This document shows positions 35,256 through 44,880 of a stretch of 60,695 nucleotides of DNA, in pieces (the first letter of the stretch is position 1; every line of letters begins with the position of its first letter). The stretch covers positions 55,193 through 115,887 of the forward strand of contig CAZSOS010000001.1 in the NCBI GenBank assembly GCA_964608605.1. Reading direction: 5' to 3'. The translations under genes and the position numbers were made by a program. The notes beneath the pieces were generated by a model. The model saw only the letters and a list, made by a program, of their open reading frames with translations. It did not search any database and had not been told where the DNA came from. Origin of the DNA: an uncultured Candidatus Saccharibacteria bacterium. Its GTDB lineage: Bacteria; Patescibacteriota; Minisyncoccia; Phycocordibacterales; UBA918.

Positions 35256-37043
35256 ATGTCGCAAGAAATCAGAAACATCGCCATCATCGCCCACGTGGAC
35301 CACGGCAAGACCACCTTGACGGACGCCTTGATGGAACAGACCGGCGCGCGGGAAGAGGGTCAGTCTATGGACAGCAACGCCCTTGAACGTGAGCGCGGTA
35401 TCACCATTTACGCCAAGAATACCTCGATCGAGTATAAAGACACCAAGATCAATATCGTCGATACTCCCGGCCACGCCGACTTCGGCTCAGAAGTGGAGCG
35501 CGTCTTGCGCTCGATCGACTCGGTGCTTCTGGTCGTCGACGCCCAGGAAGGTCCGATGCCGCAGACCCGCTTCGTGCTGAAGAAGTCTCTGGAGCTCGGT
35601 TTGAAGCCGATCGTGGTCATCAACAAGATCGACAAGCCAGCGGCCGATCCTAATCAGACCGAAGAGCAAGTACTGGAGCTATTCCTCGAACTTGGCGCCA
35701 ACGACGAGCAGTCGAATTTCACCACCGTCTACGCCATCGGCCGCGAGGGTGTGGCTATGCGGAAGCTGGATGACGAGCGTAAGGACCTGTCTCCTTTGCT
35801 CGACGTGATATTGGAACAGGTGCCGGCCGCGCCAGCCTTCAATGAAGGCGATCCGCTCACCGCTCAGGTCTTCAACCTGGGCTATGACAACTTCCTGGGT
35901 CGTTTGGCCGTGGCTCGTGTCTATAGCGGCAAGCTCTCTAAGGGCCAGAATCTTTTCATCACCCATGAAGGTCAGGAGACCAAGAAGGGCAAGGTGGTAA
36001 AACTCTCCACTTTTAAAGGAACTAATCAGGTAGAGGCTGAGACCGTGTATGCCGGAGACATCGTGCTCGTCGCCGGTTTTGCTGATATCGATATCGGCGA
36101 GACCTTGACCGACAGGGAGGACGTGGCCCCGCTTCCGGCCATCAAGGTGGACGAGCCGACCATCGGACTTCGCTTCATGCCGAACTCCTCGCCTTTCGCC
36201 GGCCGCGAAGGCAAGTTCGTTACTAGCCGCCAGATCAAGGAGCGTCTGGAGAAGGAACTCGAGATCAACGTCGGTCTCAAGGTGGATTTCTCGCAGGGCG
36301 ACTCTTTCGAGGTCTTCGGCCGCGGTGAGATGCATATTTCCATATTGCTCGAGAACATGCGCCGCGAAGGCTACGAGTTGGCCGTGTCGCAGCCGCAGGT
36401 GATCATCAAGGAAGAAGACGGCCAGAAGCTGGAGCCGTTTGAAGAAGTGGTGGCCGATATTCCTTCCGAATTCCAGGGGGCCGTCATCGAGAAACTCTCC
36501 AACCGCGGTTTCATCATGCAAAACATGATCCCGCACGAGAACCAGGTACGCCTGATCTTCGTCGGTCCCACTCGCGGCATTCTGGGCTACAAGAACCAAT
36601 TCATCATCGACACCAAGGGTGAAGGTATCTTGGCTTCGCACTTCGTGGGCTTCCAGCCGCACGTGGGCGAGATCAAGAAGCGCCAGGTAGGCTCGATGAT
36701 CTCCATGGCCACCGGCAAAGCGCTCGGCTTCTCGCTGTGGAATCTCCAGGACCGTGGCTCGCTCTATATTGGTCCGGCCACCGAGGTGTATGAGGGCATG
36801 GTCATCGGCAATACCTCCAAGGGCGAGGAAATGACGGTGAACCCCACCAAGGGCAAGGCGCTTTCAAACGTGCGCGCTTCCGGTTCTGACGAAGCCATTG
36901 ACCTGGTGCCGTTCCGTCCGCTCTCTATCGAGCTTGGACTCGAAATTATGGCCGACGACGAATATTTGGAAGTAACACCGCAAAGTGTGCGTCTCCGAAA
37001 AGCGCTTTTGAAGGAAAGTGATCGCAAGCGAGGGGGGAAATAG
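35256..37043 (+). CDS. typA: Translational GTPase TypA/BipA
   Basis: [32 protein letters not shown]. Confidence 0.97.
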   Translation: MSQEIRNIAIIAHVDHGKTTLTDALMEQTGAREEGQSMDSNALERERGITIYAKNTSIEYKDTKINIVDTPGHADFGSEVERVLRSIDSVLLVVDAQEGPMPQTRFVLKKSLELGLKPIVVINKIDKPAADPNQTEEQVLELFLELGANDEQSNFTTVYAIGREGVAMRKLDDERKDLSPLLDVILEQVPAAPAFNEGDPLTAQVFNLGYDNFLGRLAVARVYSGKLSKGQNLFITHEGQETKKGKVVKLSTFKGTNQVEAETVYAGDIVLVAGFADIDIGETLTDREDVAPLPAIKVDEPTIGLRFMPNSSPFAGREGKFVTSRQIKERLEKELEINVGLKVDFSQGDSFEVFGRGEMHISILLENMRREGYELAVSQPQVIIKEEDGQKLEPFEEVVADIPSEFQGAVIEKLSNRGFIMQNMIPHENQVRLIFVGPTRGILGYKNQFIIDTKGEGILASHFVGFQPHVGEIKKRQVGSMISMATGKALGFSLWNLQDRGSLYIGPATEVYEGMVIGNTSKGEEMTVNPTKGKALSNVRASGSDEAIDLVPFRPLSIELGLEIMADDEYLEVTPQSVRLRKALLKESDRKRGGK

Positions 37044-37078
37044 TTTAGTTACCTGGTTTCCTGGTTACCTAGTCACGC

Positions 37079-37111
37079 CAAAAGGCCGGACGCAAAGCGT
37101 CCGGCCTTTTG
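37079..37111. terminator. Bidirectional terminator
   Basis: CAAAAGGCCGGACGC-AAA-GCGTCCGGCCTTTTG. Confidence 0.85.
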
Positions 37112-37136
37112 CTGTTTAGCAGCCACTATATTCTTC

Positions 37137-37844
37137 TTACTTCAAACCCAACTCTTTCAAGAATTTTTCCAACTCACTACCGGTTATTTTTCGATATTGG
37201 TTCGGTTTCAGTTTATCGAGATTGATATTCAAAATACGGACGCGCTTCAGCTGTTGTACCTGCCAGCCTAAAGCCACGCACATACGGCGGATCTGATGCT
37301 TCTTGCCTTCGGTCAGGACGATGCGGAAGGTTCTCTCATTCTTCTTGGCGGTCATGGCTGGCTTAGTGTCGTACCCTTCGATATTGACGCCTTCGGCCAG
37401 TTTCTTCAGGAAGCGGGTGGTGATCGGTTTGTCTACCGTCACTTCGTATTCTTTCTCATGCTCGTTGTCGGGATCAAGGAGCGCGCCGGTTATCAAACCA
37501 TCGTTGGTGAGGATGATCAGTCCCTCGGACGCTTTATCAAGCCGGCCGACCGGGTATACGTCTTTGATCTTGTAGTCGCGGCGGAGGCGCGCGGCGATGT
37601 CGACCTCTTTTTTGTCCTTGTCCGGCGAATGAGTGATGATACCGGCCCCTTTGTAGTAGGCAAGGTAGGTCTTGGCTTTGGTGGCGTCCGGCGCGAGACG
37701 GACGATGTCATCGTCGCCCACTTTCTGGCCGATGACGGCCTTCTTTCCATTTACCAGCACCTTCCCTTCGGCGATCAGCACGTCCGCCTCGCGCCTCGAC
37801 GCTAGTTTTCGCTCCGCTAAGTATTTGTTAAGACGCACCACCAT
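37137..37844 (-). CDS. RsuA/RluB/RluF-family rRNA pseudouridine synthase
   Basis: S4 domain RLNKYLA...SRREAD, PVGRLD catalytic motif, LTEGKKHQIRRM. Confidence 0.95.
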   Translation of the reverse strand: MVVRLNKYLAERKLASRREADVLIAEGKVLVNGKKAVIGQKVGDDDIVRLAPDATKAKTYLAYYKGAGIITHSPDKDKKEVDIAARLRRDYKIKDVYPVGRLDKASEGLIILTNDGLITGALLDPDNEHEKEYEVTVDKPITTRFLKKLAEGVNIEGYDTKPAMTAKKNERTFRIVLTEGKKHQIRRMCVALGWQVQQLKRVRILNINLDKLKPNQYRKITGSELEKFLKELGLK

Positions 37845-37866
37845 TCGCCTCATTGTATCATCCTGC

Positions 37867-37897
37867 TGAAACAAACATCCGCCGGACAGCGTATAAT
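37867..37897 (+). promoter_or_regulatory. ECF-type promoter TGAAAC-N17-CGTA overlapping TATAAT
   Basis: Directly upstream of the ECF sigma gene. Confidence 0.55.
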
Positions 37898-37906
37898 GGG
37901 TGGGCC

Positions 37907-38482
37907 ATGCCCGAAGCAATCCCGAGTGACAAGGAGTTGGTGGCGCTCGCGCTTCGGGAGCGAGCGTTTTTTGGCAATATAGTGGAGCGCTACCAAGCCA
38001 GACTGCGCCGCTACATCACTCGGCTCGGGGTGAAGAATCCCGATGACCAGGAAGACGTGCTCCAGGAGATATTCATCAAGATCTACCGCAACCTCAACAG
38101 TTTCGATCCCGGTCTGTCGTTCTCCTCTTGGGTGTATCGTATCGCCCACAACGAAGCGATAAGCTGGTACCGCAAACTGAAGGTGCGGCCGGAAGGCTAC
38201 CTGGTGGCCGACCCGGATATCCTGCTCGGCCTTTTGGCCCACGATGGCGAAGACCCGGAGAGCCGCATCGAGCGAGAGCAGAACGCCGAGATCGTCCAGC
38301 GGGCGCTGGAGAACCTGGATGAGAAATATCGGGTCGTGCTGGTGTTGCGGTACTTCGAGCATTTGGAATACGAAGATATCTCCGACGTGCTCAAGGTGCC
38401 GGTCGGCACCGTCGGGACGCTGGTCCATCGGGCCAAGAAACAACTCCGCCGGGAACTCGAAGCCTTAGACATTCCATCATGA
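37907..38482 (+). CDS. ECF sigma-70 factor
   Basis: Region 2 (EDVLQEIFIK, FSSWVYRIAHN) and region 4 (GTVGTLVHRAK). Confidence 0.95.
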   Translation: MPEAIPSDKELVALALRERAFFGNIVERYQARLRRYITRLGVKNPDDQEDVLQEIFIKIYRNLNSFDPGLSFSSWVYRIAHNEAISWYRKLKVRPEGYLVADPDILLGLLAHDGEDPESRIEREQNAEIVQRALENLDEKYRVVLVLRYFEHLEYEDISDVLKVPVGTVGTLVHRAKKQLRRELEALDIPS

Positions 38483-39474
38483 ACGACACGACAGAAAACA
38501 ATCGTTTGGCCGATAGCGTCTTGGAACGCCTGGAACGCGAAGGCATCACGCCTCGCTCCCGCTTCTATTGGATGACCCAGGAATACGGCCTTTGGGGCGC
38601 CTGGGTGGTCAGCGTCATACTCGGATCCTTCGCCTTGGCGGTGGCCTCCTTCTCCTCTCTGTACGTGGGGTATTCTCTGTATGAAGCCACTCATGACACC
38701 TTCTTGACCTTCCTACTCGACACCCTCCCTTATCTCTGGTTCGCCGCCTTCGCGGTCATGCTGCTTTCGGCCTATTTCAATCTGCGGTACACCAAGAAAG
38801 GCTATCGATATTCCTTCCTCTGGGTCGCCGGCAGCAGTTTCGGCTTCAGCGTGGCCGGCGGCATTCTGCTCCATTTCCTGGGGGCCGGATATTATTTGGA
38901 CCACTACCTAGGTCGTAGTCTGGACACCTATCATTCCCGCGCCGAACTGGAGACCATGGTCTGGCAGAATCCGCCGGCCGGCCGTCTGGTCGGCTTCGGC
39001 CGGCCTCCGGGAGCGGCCGATCAGATCCCGGGCATCATCTTCACCGACGTGAAGGATCGGGAGTGGCAGCTCATGACCACCGACCTGAGCGAGAGGGAAT
39101 CCGATCTCATCCGCTCCGGACGCAAGGTCCGGGTGCTGGTGGCCACTTCGTCCACGCAGTCGGAGGAAGTGATGGTCGTCTGCGGCGTCTTTCCCTGGCT
39201 GCTCGATGAGGCGCCCATGATCGCCAAACTGCGCGACGATCGCCGTCTCTTCGCAGAGAATCTCAAGATCCGCCGCGAGCACGTGGCCGGCGTCATCAGG
39301 GAGGTGTCCAGAGAGGTCTCGGGAGAAGGAGAGGGAGGGCCAAGGCGGCCGGACGTGCTCGATCCTTCCGGCACCTCGAGTTCGGCCATCGCCCTCGATA
39401 CCGTTTCCGGCCAGCCGTCATCCTGCTCCAAATTGCCGCTCTTCCGGGGTCCGGGACCGATTTTAAGACACTGA
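38479..39474 (+). CDS. Putative anti-sigma membrane protein
   Basis: Overlaps the sigma stop codon; 3 TM segments plus an extracellular domain. Confidence 0.6.
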   Translation: MNDTTENNRLADSVLERLEREGITPRSRFYWMTQEYGLWGAWVVSVILGSFALAVASFSSLYVGYSLYEATHDTFLTFLLDTLPYLWFAAFAVMLLSAYFNLRYTKKGYRYSFLWVAGSSFGFSVAGGILLHFLGAGYYLDHYLGRSLDTYHSRAELETMVWQNPPAGRLVGFGRPPGAADQIPGIIFTDVKDREWQLMTTDLSERESDLIRSGRKVRVLVATSSTQSEEVMVVCGVFPWLLDEAPMIAKLRDDRRLFAENLKIRREHVAGVIREVSREVSGEGEGGPRRPDVLDPSGTSSSAIALDTVSGQPSSCSKLPLFRGPGPILRH

Positions 39475-39696
39475 TTAGGATATCTGTCAACGTTGATGTT
39501 GTCGGTAATGGTTATATACTGCCAACATACATGAATGCTCACTGGAAATGGGCTGGGTGGACGAAATAGACGGTCTCGAACCGCACGCGGAATCTTCCGT
39601 GTGCGGTTCATTCGTAAAGTCTCATCCCACTTTGCTCCTTCCGAGGATACATTCATCGTTTAGCAGGATTTACCAACTAAGACCTACCCGATCGTT

Positions 39697-42600
39697 ATGA
39701 ACCAGTTATTCTTTGCCGCTGATGCCGCTCGAAAGTTGTTCGCGGCCGTCGCGATCTTTTCCTTACTATCCACTTCACTGCCTATTAATGTCTACGTGGC
39801 TTTGGCGGAAGAGATTTCTTCTGAAGCTCCAGTAGAAACTCAGGCAGTGGAGACTCTGGAAGTTGTTCCGGCTGAAGTTCCGGTTGAGGAAACTTCTACT
39901 CCTGAGGAAGAGACCGTGGATGTACCGGCTGTCGACGAGGAAAAGGTAGATTCAGAAGAGTCTAAGTTAGACGAAGAAACAGCTGGTGAGACTGAACAAA
40001 CCAAGGCAGGTGTTGTTGATGATACTGTCGACACGGAATCTCCTGTAACCGACACAACTGAGACTGTTGAGAAAACTGAAGAAGCCAAAGGAGTTATTTC
40101 TACCGTAGTAGAAAAGGTAGTTGATACCGCCAAGTCTGCGGTAGAAGCTATATTTGGCAAGTCAGTAATCTTGACTCTTGGTGACGAAGGTATTGCCACT
40201 ATTGATACTGTTGAACTCGGTGTTACCTACGTAGCTCCACAAAATCCTGAGGTGAAAGTTGTTTTCACCAAACTTCCTGAAGTTCCAGGCTCTCTCTCTA
40301 TAGAAGAAGTAGAGTTAACTCCAGAACAAGTAGAAGCCTTGGGCGCTCTCAGTAATGTTGCCTACGACATTACTTCTAGTATGGAGAATGGTACTTTCGA
40401 GTACAAACTAGAACTTCCTAAGCCAACCGGCGCTTCTTCCGACTCAAAGGTAGTTTATGCTGAAAGTGTTGAGGAATTGGCTAACTCCACAACCGTGGCT
40501 GATGAGAAGGTGGCAGTGAAGTCCAACAAGGTGGTGGTAGAAGAATTGGATCACTTCACCATTTTCGTGGTTACTTCATTTGAAGAGGTGCAGGTTACTG
40601 ATGTTGAGGTTGGTTATAACGGTATTTGGTTTTCTGCGAGTTCTTACGGATCAATAGAGCGTGTTGAATCAGGTACTAATGGAATTATTTCATCAGACGG
40701 TGACGCTCATGCATTAGTATCATCTGTTGGTTATTCCTCGGGTCCTTATACTAGATTTGATGGTTACAAGAGTGTATGGCCAGGAAATTGGAAGACAGAG
40801 ATTGATGTTTATCTAGATCCCGCATGGAGTAATGGTACAGGTTTTCAGTATTCAGTAGCGTCAAACGGTTCAGATGGAAACCATCAGCGTGACTATATTT
40901 TCCATGTTACTAAAGATACATCTACAGGTAAATTACTAGTCGCTGGTAACAATAATTCTACTGCACCTAATGTTCGTGAAGATCTAGAAACCATCACTAA
41001 TCGTTATGAGGTAACAACTGCTGGTTGGTACACTTTGCAGCACCTGTTTTATGATGACGGAGGCGTATTGTCGGTTGACTTGAATCTGCTTGATGACTCA
41101 GGAAGTACTGTCTTCACAGAGAAAAGACAAGGTCAAAATTCTGGTCCGAATGATGACTCGATGGCTCTGATTGGTGGTAATCGTTATGGTTGGTTTACAG
41201 TAGTAACTGTCCCTGGAGGTCTTGCTATCGACAATGCTTCCATTGAATACACTTCTCTTCCGCTTAACGAAACGACGGTCGTTGTTCGTTCGAGCGACAT
41301 GCAAGGTTGGTCAGAAGCCAATACTGTGGGAGGTGTTGTAGCTTTCATTGATGATGCCACAGCACCGATTGGTGATGGGGTGTTGAATTTGACTACTCAG
41401 TCAGACAATCAAGATCGCGCTGGTATTAGTCGCACTGAAGATGTTCGTTTGGCTGATGTTACTACCCTTAAATACACTACAAAGCGAGGTGCGGGATTTG
41501 CAGACGTAGGTAGCGCATCCTACCGCATCCTTATAGATGCTGATGGCGATGATTCTACTGTGACCGACAGGGCATACTTAATCCATGAGCCATATTGGCA
41601 AAATGATGAAGCTCCAGATCCCGCTCCTGTTGTACAAAATGAATGGCAGACTTGGGACGTTAAAAGCAATAACGTATTCTGGGCCAGTATTCCTGGAGGT
41701 AATGCCATTTCAGGTTTGACTAACGGCGCTGGAGGACCTCCTTTCTACACGATTGCCAACGTACTCGCGTTACATCCTAACGCTAAAGTTATAGGTCTTA
41801 ATATCGGCATTGGTTCTTCTAACCTGAACTATAATATTCTCGTTGATGAAGTTGTATTTGGTTACAAGACAGGTTCTTCTATAGAAGTAATTACTTACGA
41901 CTTTGAAGCAGATCCTCCACATCCAGATCCTCTTGGAAAGCACCAGATGAGTCTGACTGGTAATGTATACCGTGACCACAAGTTGAATGACTGTAACGGA
42001 TTGACCTCTTGTAACTCTAAAGGTGAAAATCTAGGTGAAGGGTGGGAGATAAACTTGTATGACTCAAACTGGTCATCATTGCAGAGTGTTCAGACAAATA
42101 GTGCTGGCAACTTCAAGTTCGCCGCTGTAAAAGATGCTGGTACTTATTATGTCTGTCTTGTAGAAAAAGAAGGCTGGACCCAGCAGACTCAAAACTGGTC
42201 CGGTACTCCGTATCACATAGCCACCGATAACCAGTCTAGCAACTCCGATGAAGGTCCTTGGTGTCGTGTGATCAATTATTCTGATACTGGAAATTATTCC
42301 AATGCATTTTATTTCGGAGTAGTTGATACAGAAGCCCCTGTAGGTAATGCCGTATATCACGGCGGAAGTGTGGTGGACGATGTAATCTACATTAAGTCTA
42401 TTGACGATCTATCCTTCACGGAAACCATTACTGATAATCATGGAGTTACACGCTCTACTTACTTGGTGCAAAAATTCAGTACCACAACAAACAGTTATGT
42501 AGGATTCTGTGGTAACTGGAATGCGCTTAGTCTGGGTAGTAACTGGTTGGGAGGTTCAATTACTGAAGTTCATACTGTAAATAGTATTCGTAACTGTGAC

Positions 42601-44667
42601 GGTTCGGCCACGCTATGGACTGATGGTAAATATAAAATCTTCCATGGAGCTTACGATGCGACTTATGTAACAGCAGGTCCAACACATAACGAAGGAAAGT
42701 ACAACACAGATCGTCAAGTATTTGTGATTGATGGTTCTGCCCCTGACGTCCAAATCACTTATCCTGCGAATAATCATGTTGTAAGCGGAGTAATTGAACT
42801 AAAGGGGACTGTGAAAGACGATAATCTCCTAAGGTACTACTACAATGTTAGTGGCGTAACTTTTGAGACAGTCACTCAAGATAATGGTTTTGTGGATCAG
42901 GTCTTCTATACTTGGGACACTACCAGTGTGGCTGATGGTACATACACGATTAGACTAGAGGCGCGAGACAAGGCGGATAATAAGGATTCAGGTTCTGTTT
43001 CCACTATCACCGTGACTGTAGACAACACTGCACCAGAAGCACCTACAAACCTCCATCGTGTCCTCGCTGACAACACTTTCGTGCCCTGTGATGCTACCAT
43101 CAGACCTTCTGCGACCGCTCCTACTTGGACAGCCAGTGTCAGTCCAGATGTTGCGTACTACGAATACAGCAGCTTCAACAAAAATGGCGTTCCAGGCATC
43201 GTGGCTGAAAATATTGGTAATGTAACCTCATTCACTCGTGGTATCGATATAAATTGGATTCCTACTGAGGGAGCGGGTTATAAGTATGCTGTGCGAGCGG
43301 TAGACCATATTGGTAACAGGTCTGCCTGGGCGGAGTGTGGTATTACTTACGACAACAGTGTAGCGGTGGCAGTCATTGGCATTCCTTCCATTCAGTATCC
43401 AGCAAATGGTTCTATTATCGCCACGGGCACTCCTGACTTTATTTGGAACCCTATAACCTATCCTGAAACTCTCACTTATTCTATAGAGGTTTCTACGACA
43501 CCCGATTTCGCATCGTTGATTCCAAATGCGATGCATTATGGTTGGACCATTACGACAGCTAACTTCCCTGGAAACACGCCAGCTCTAGTAGATGGTACTT
43601 ATTACTGGAGAGTAAAGGCTTGTGATAGCTTTAACAATTGTGGAGATTGGGGAGTTTGGAGCTTTGTTGTAGATACGACAGGCCCTTTGCCGCCTACTAA
43701 TTTGACTTGGACATCATCATCTACGTTGGCTATTGTACCTAATGGCGGCACCACTTCAGATCAGTACGGAGCTATTAGTTGGACAGAAGGGGATCCAGAC
43801 ACCGTTCTTTATAGAATGTATGCATGGAATGATATTGTCGGTTCTGACTTGTTTGGAGACTTTAGTTCCAGACACTTGGTTGTAGAAGGATATGCTACAG
43901 AATTTCTAGGTGGTGATTTCTACTTTGGAGAAGGTACTTATAGCGTCTGTCTTACGGCAATTGATGCCATGGGGAACGAATCAGAATGTAGTGATGTATT
44001 AACCGTAACCTATGCGGTACCATCCACACCTGTTGTGACACCATCTGGCAGCTCTATCAATGCTATTGGTAGTATTGCCAGAACTGTGGCGAGCGCTATT
44101 CCAAGCGTTCTCGGTGCCTCGACCTTCGCTACTGACGGTGATTACTGTACTGACCCTTATATCACCCAGAACCTAGGTTTCGGACGAGCTAACGATTCTG
44201 GAGAAGTGACTAAGTTGCAGAGTTTCCTTAATCGAGTCCTTGGTTTGGCTTTGCCTGTTACCGGATTCTTTGGTCCGTTGACCCAGCAAGCAGTAATGGC
44301 CTTCCAGACCACTCACGCTGCTGAGATATTGGCTCCTTGGGGGCTTACCAACCCAACCGGTTTCGTTTATCACACCACCATCAAGAAGATCAACGAGTTG
44401 GTCTGTGATAATCAAAAGGAGTTTCCTTTGACTGAGGCTCAGCTGGAAGAAATCGCTGGCCGCCAGGCTCCAGCTACTCCTGCCACTCCGGTAGTAGCTC
44501 AAAGTCCTACCGTTACTCCAGCTTCAACCATAGCCGGTGCTTCAACTGTTTCTGGAGAGGAGGATGAAAGCTCTGACTCAGCGGACGAATCGTCTTCTGT
44601 GGAAGAAGTTAAGGTAGAAAAACCAGGATTCTTCAAGAAGATCTGGAATTCCATCTTTGGAGGCTAG
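39697..44667 (+). CDS. Giant (1656 aa) secreted surface protein: acidic linker, multiple beta/Ig/FN3-like modules, peptidoglycan-binding domain
   Basis: Signal peptide, LDHFTIF, DNTAPEAP/DTTGPLPP FN3-like starts, EVTKLQSFLN...GFFGPLTQQAV tail; AT-richer. Confidence 0.85.
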   Translation: MNQLFFAADAARKLFAAVAIFSLLSTSLPINVYVALAEEISSEAPVETQAVETLEVVPAEVPVEETSTPEEETVDVPAVDEEKVDSEESKLDEETAGETEQTKAGVVDDTVDTESPVTDTTETVEKTEEAKGVISTVVEKVVDTAKSAVEAIFGKSVILTLGDEGIATIDTVELGVTYVAPQNPEVKVVFTKLPEVPGSLSIEEVELTPEQVEALGALSNVAYDITSSMENGTFEYKLELPKPTGASSDSKVVYAESVEELANSTTVADEKVAVKSNKVVVEELDHFTIFVVTSFEEVQVTDVEVGYNGIWFSASSYGSIERVESGTNGIISSDGDAHALVSSVGYSSGPYTRFDGYKSVWPGNWKTEIDVYLDPAWSNGTGFQYSVASNGSDGNHQRDYIFHVTKDTSTGKLLVAGNNNSTAPNVREDLETITNRYEVTTAGWYTLQHLFYDDGGVLSVDLNLLDDSGSTVFTEKRQGQNSGPNDDSMALIGGNRYGWFTVVTVPGGLAIDNASIEYTSLPLNETTVVVRSSDMQGWSEANTVGGVVAFIDDATAPIGDGVLNLTTQSDNQDRAGISRTEDVRLADVTTLKYTTKRGAGFADVGSASYRILIDADGDDSTVTDRAYLIHEPYWQNDEAPDPAPVVQNEWQTWDVKSNNVFWASIPGGNAISGLTNGAGGPPFYTIANVLALHPNAKVIGLNIGIGSSNLNYNILVDEVVFGYKTGSSIEVITYDFEADPPHPDPLGKHQMSLTGNVYRDHKLNDCNGLTSCNSKGENLGEGWEINLYDSNWSSLQSVQTNSAGNFKFAAVKDAGTYYVCLVEKEGWTQQTQNWSGTPYHIATDNQSSNSDEGPWCRVINYSDTGNYSNAFYFGVVDTEAPVGNAVYHGGSVVDDVIYIKSIDDLSFTETITDNHGVTRSTYLVQKFSTTTNSYVGFCGNWNALSLGSNWLGGSITEVHTVNSIRNCDGSATLWTDGKYKIFHGAYDATYVTAGPTHNEGKYNTDRQVFVIDGSAPDVQITYPANNHVVSGVIELKGTVKDDNLLRYYYNVSGVTFETVTQDNGFVDQVFYTWDTTSVADGTYTIRLEARDKADNKDSGSVSTITVTVDNTAPEAPTNLHRVLADNTFVPCDATIRPSATAPTWTASVSPDVAYYEYSSFNKNGVPGIVAENIGNVTSFTRGIDINWIPTEGAGYKYAVRAVDHIGNRSAWAECGITYDNSVAVAVIGIPSIQYPANGSIIATGTPDFIWNPITYPETLTYSIEVSTTPDFASLIPNAMHYGWTITTANFPGNTPALVDGTYYWRVKACDSFNNCGDWGVWSFVVDTTGPLPPTNLTWTSSSTLAIVPNGGTTSDQYGAISWTEGDPDTVLYRMYAWNDIVGSDLFGDFSSRHLVVEGYATEFLGGDFYFGEGTYSVCLTAIDAMGNESECSDVLTVTYAVPSTPVVTPSGSSINAIGSIARTVASAIPSVLGASTFATDGDYCTDPYITQNLGFGRANDSGEVTKLQSFLNRVLGLALPVTGFFGPLTQQAVMAFQTTHAAEILAPWGLTNPTGFVYHTTIKKINELVCDNQKEFPLTEAQLEEIAGRQAPATPATPVVAQSPTVTPASTIAGASTVSGEEDESSDSADESSSVEEVKVEKPGFFKKIWNSIFGG

Positions 44668-44686
44668 TATTGAGCAAAAGATATAG

Positions 44687-44730
44687 TTTAAAGCAAAAAC
44701 ACCAACGAAAGTCGGTGTTTTTGCTTTAAA
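44687..44730 (+). terminator. Intrinsic terminator
   Basis: 17-bp stem TTTAAAGCAAAAACACC/GGTGTTTTTGCTTTAAA. Confidence 0.75.
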
Positions 44731-44880
44731 AGACAGATACGAAAGCATGTCTTTAATAATGTCCTATATAGTCAACGTTTGTTTTTAAAATTTGTCTACG
44801 TTGAGTTTAGTGATTTTTAAGTGCTAAACTGTTTATAGTTTGTGGAGGGTTAATTCTTGTTATTAATTTTCAGAACGATT

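Noticed and set aside
39540-39630. c-di-GMP-I riboswitch
   Set aside because: CGTAAAGTC loosely recalls CGCAAAGCC, but the GCAAAC start and GNRA tetraloop/receptor are missing
41949-41965. Third copy of the 21-bp dyad (AGTCTGACTGGTA)
   Set aside because: Only a 13-bp partial match inside a long CDS; compatible with chance
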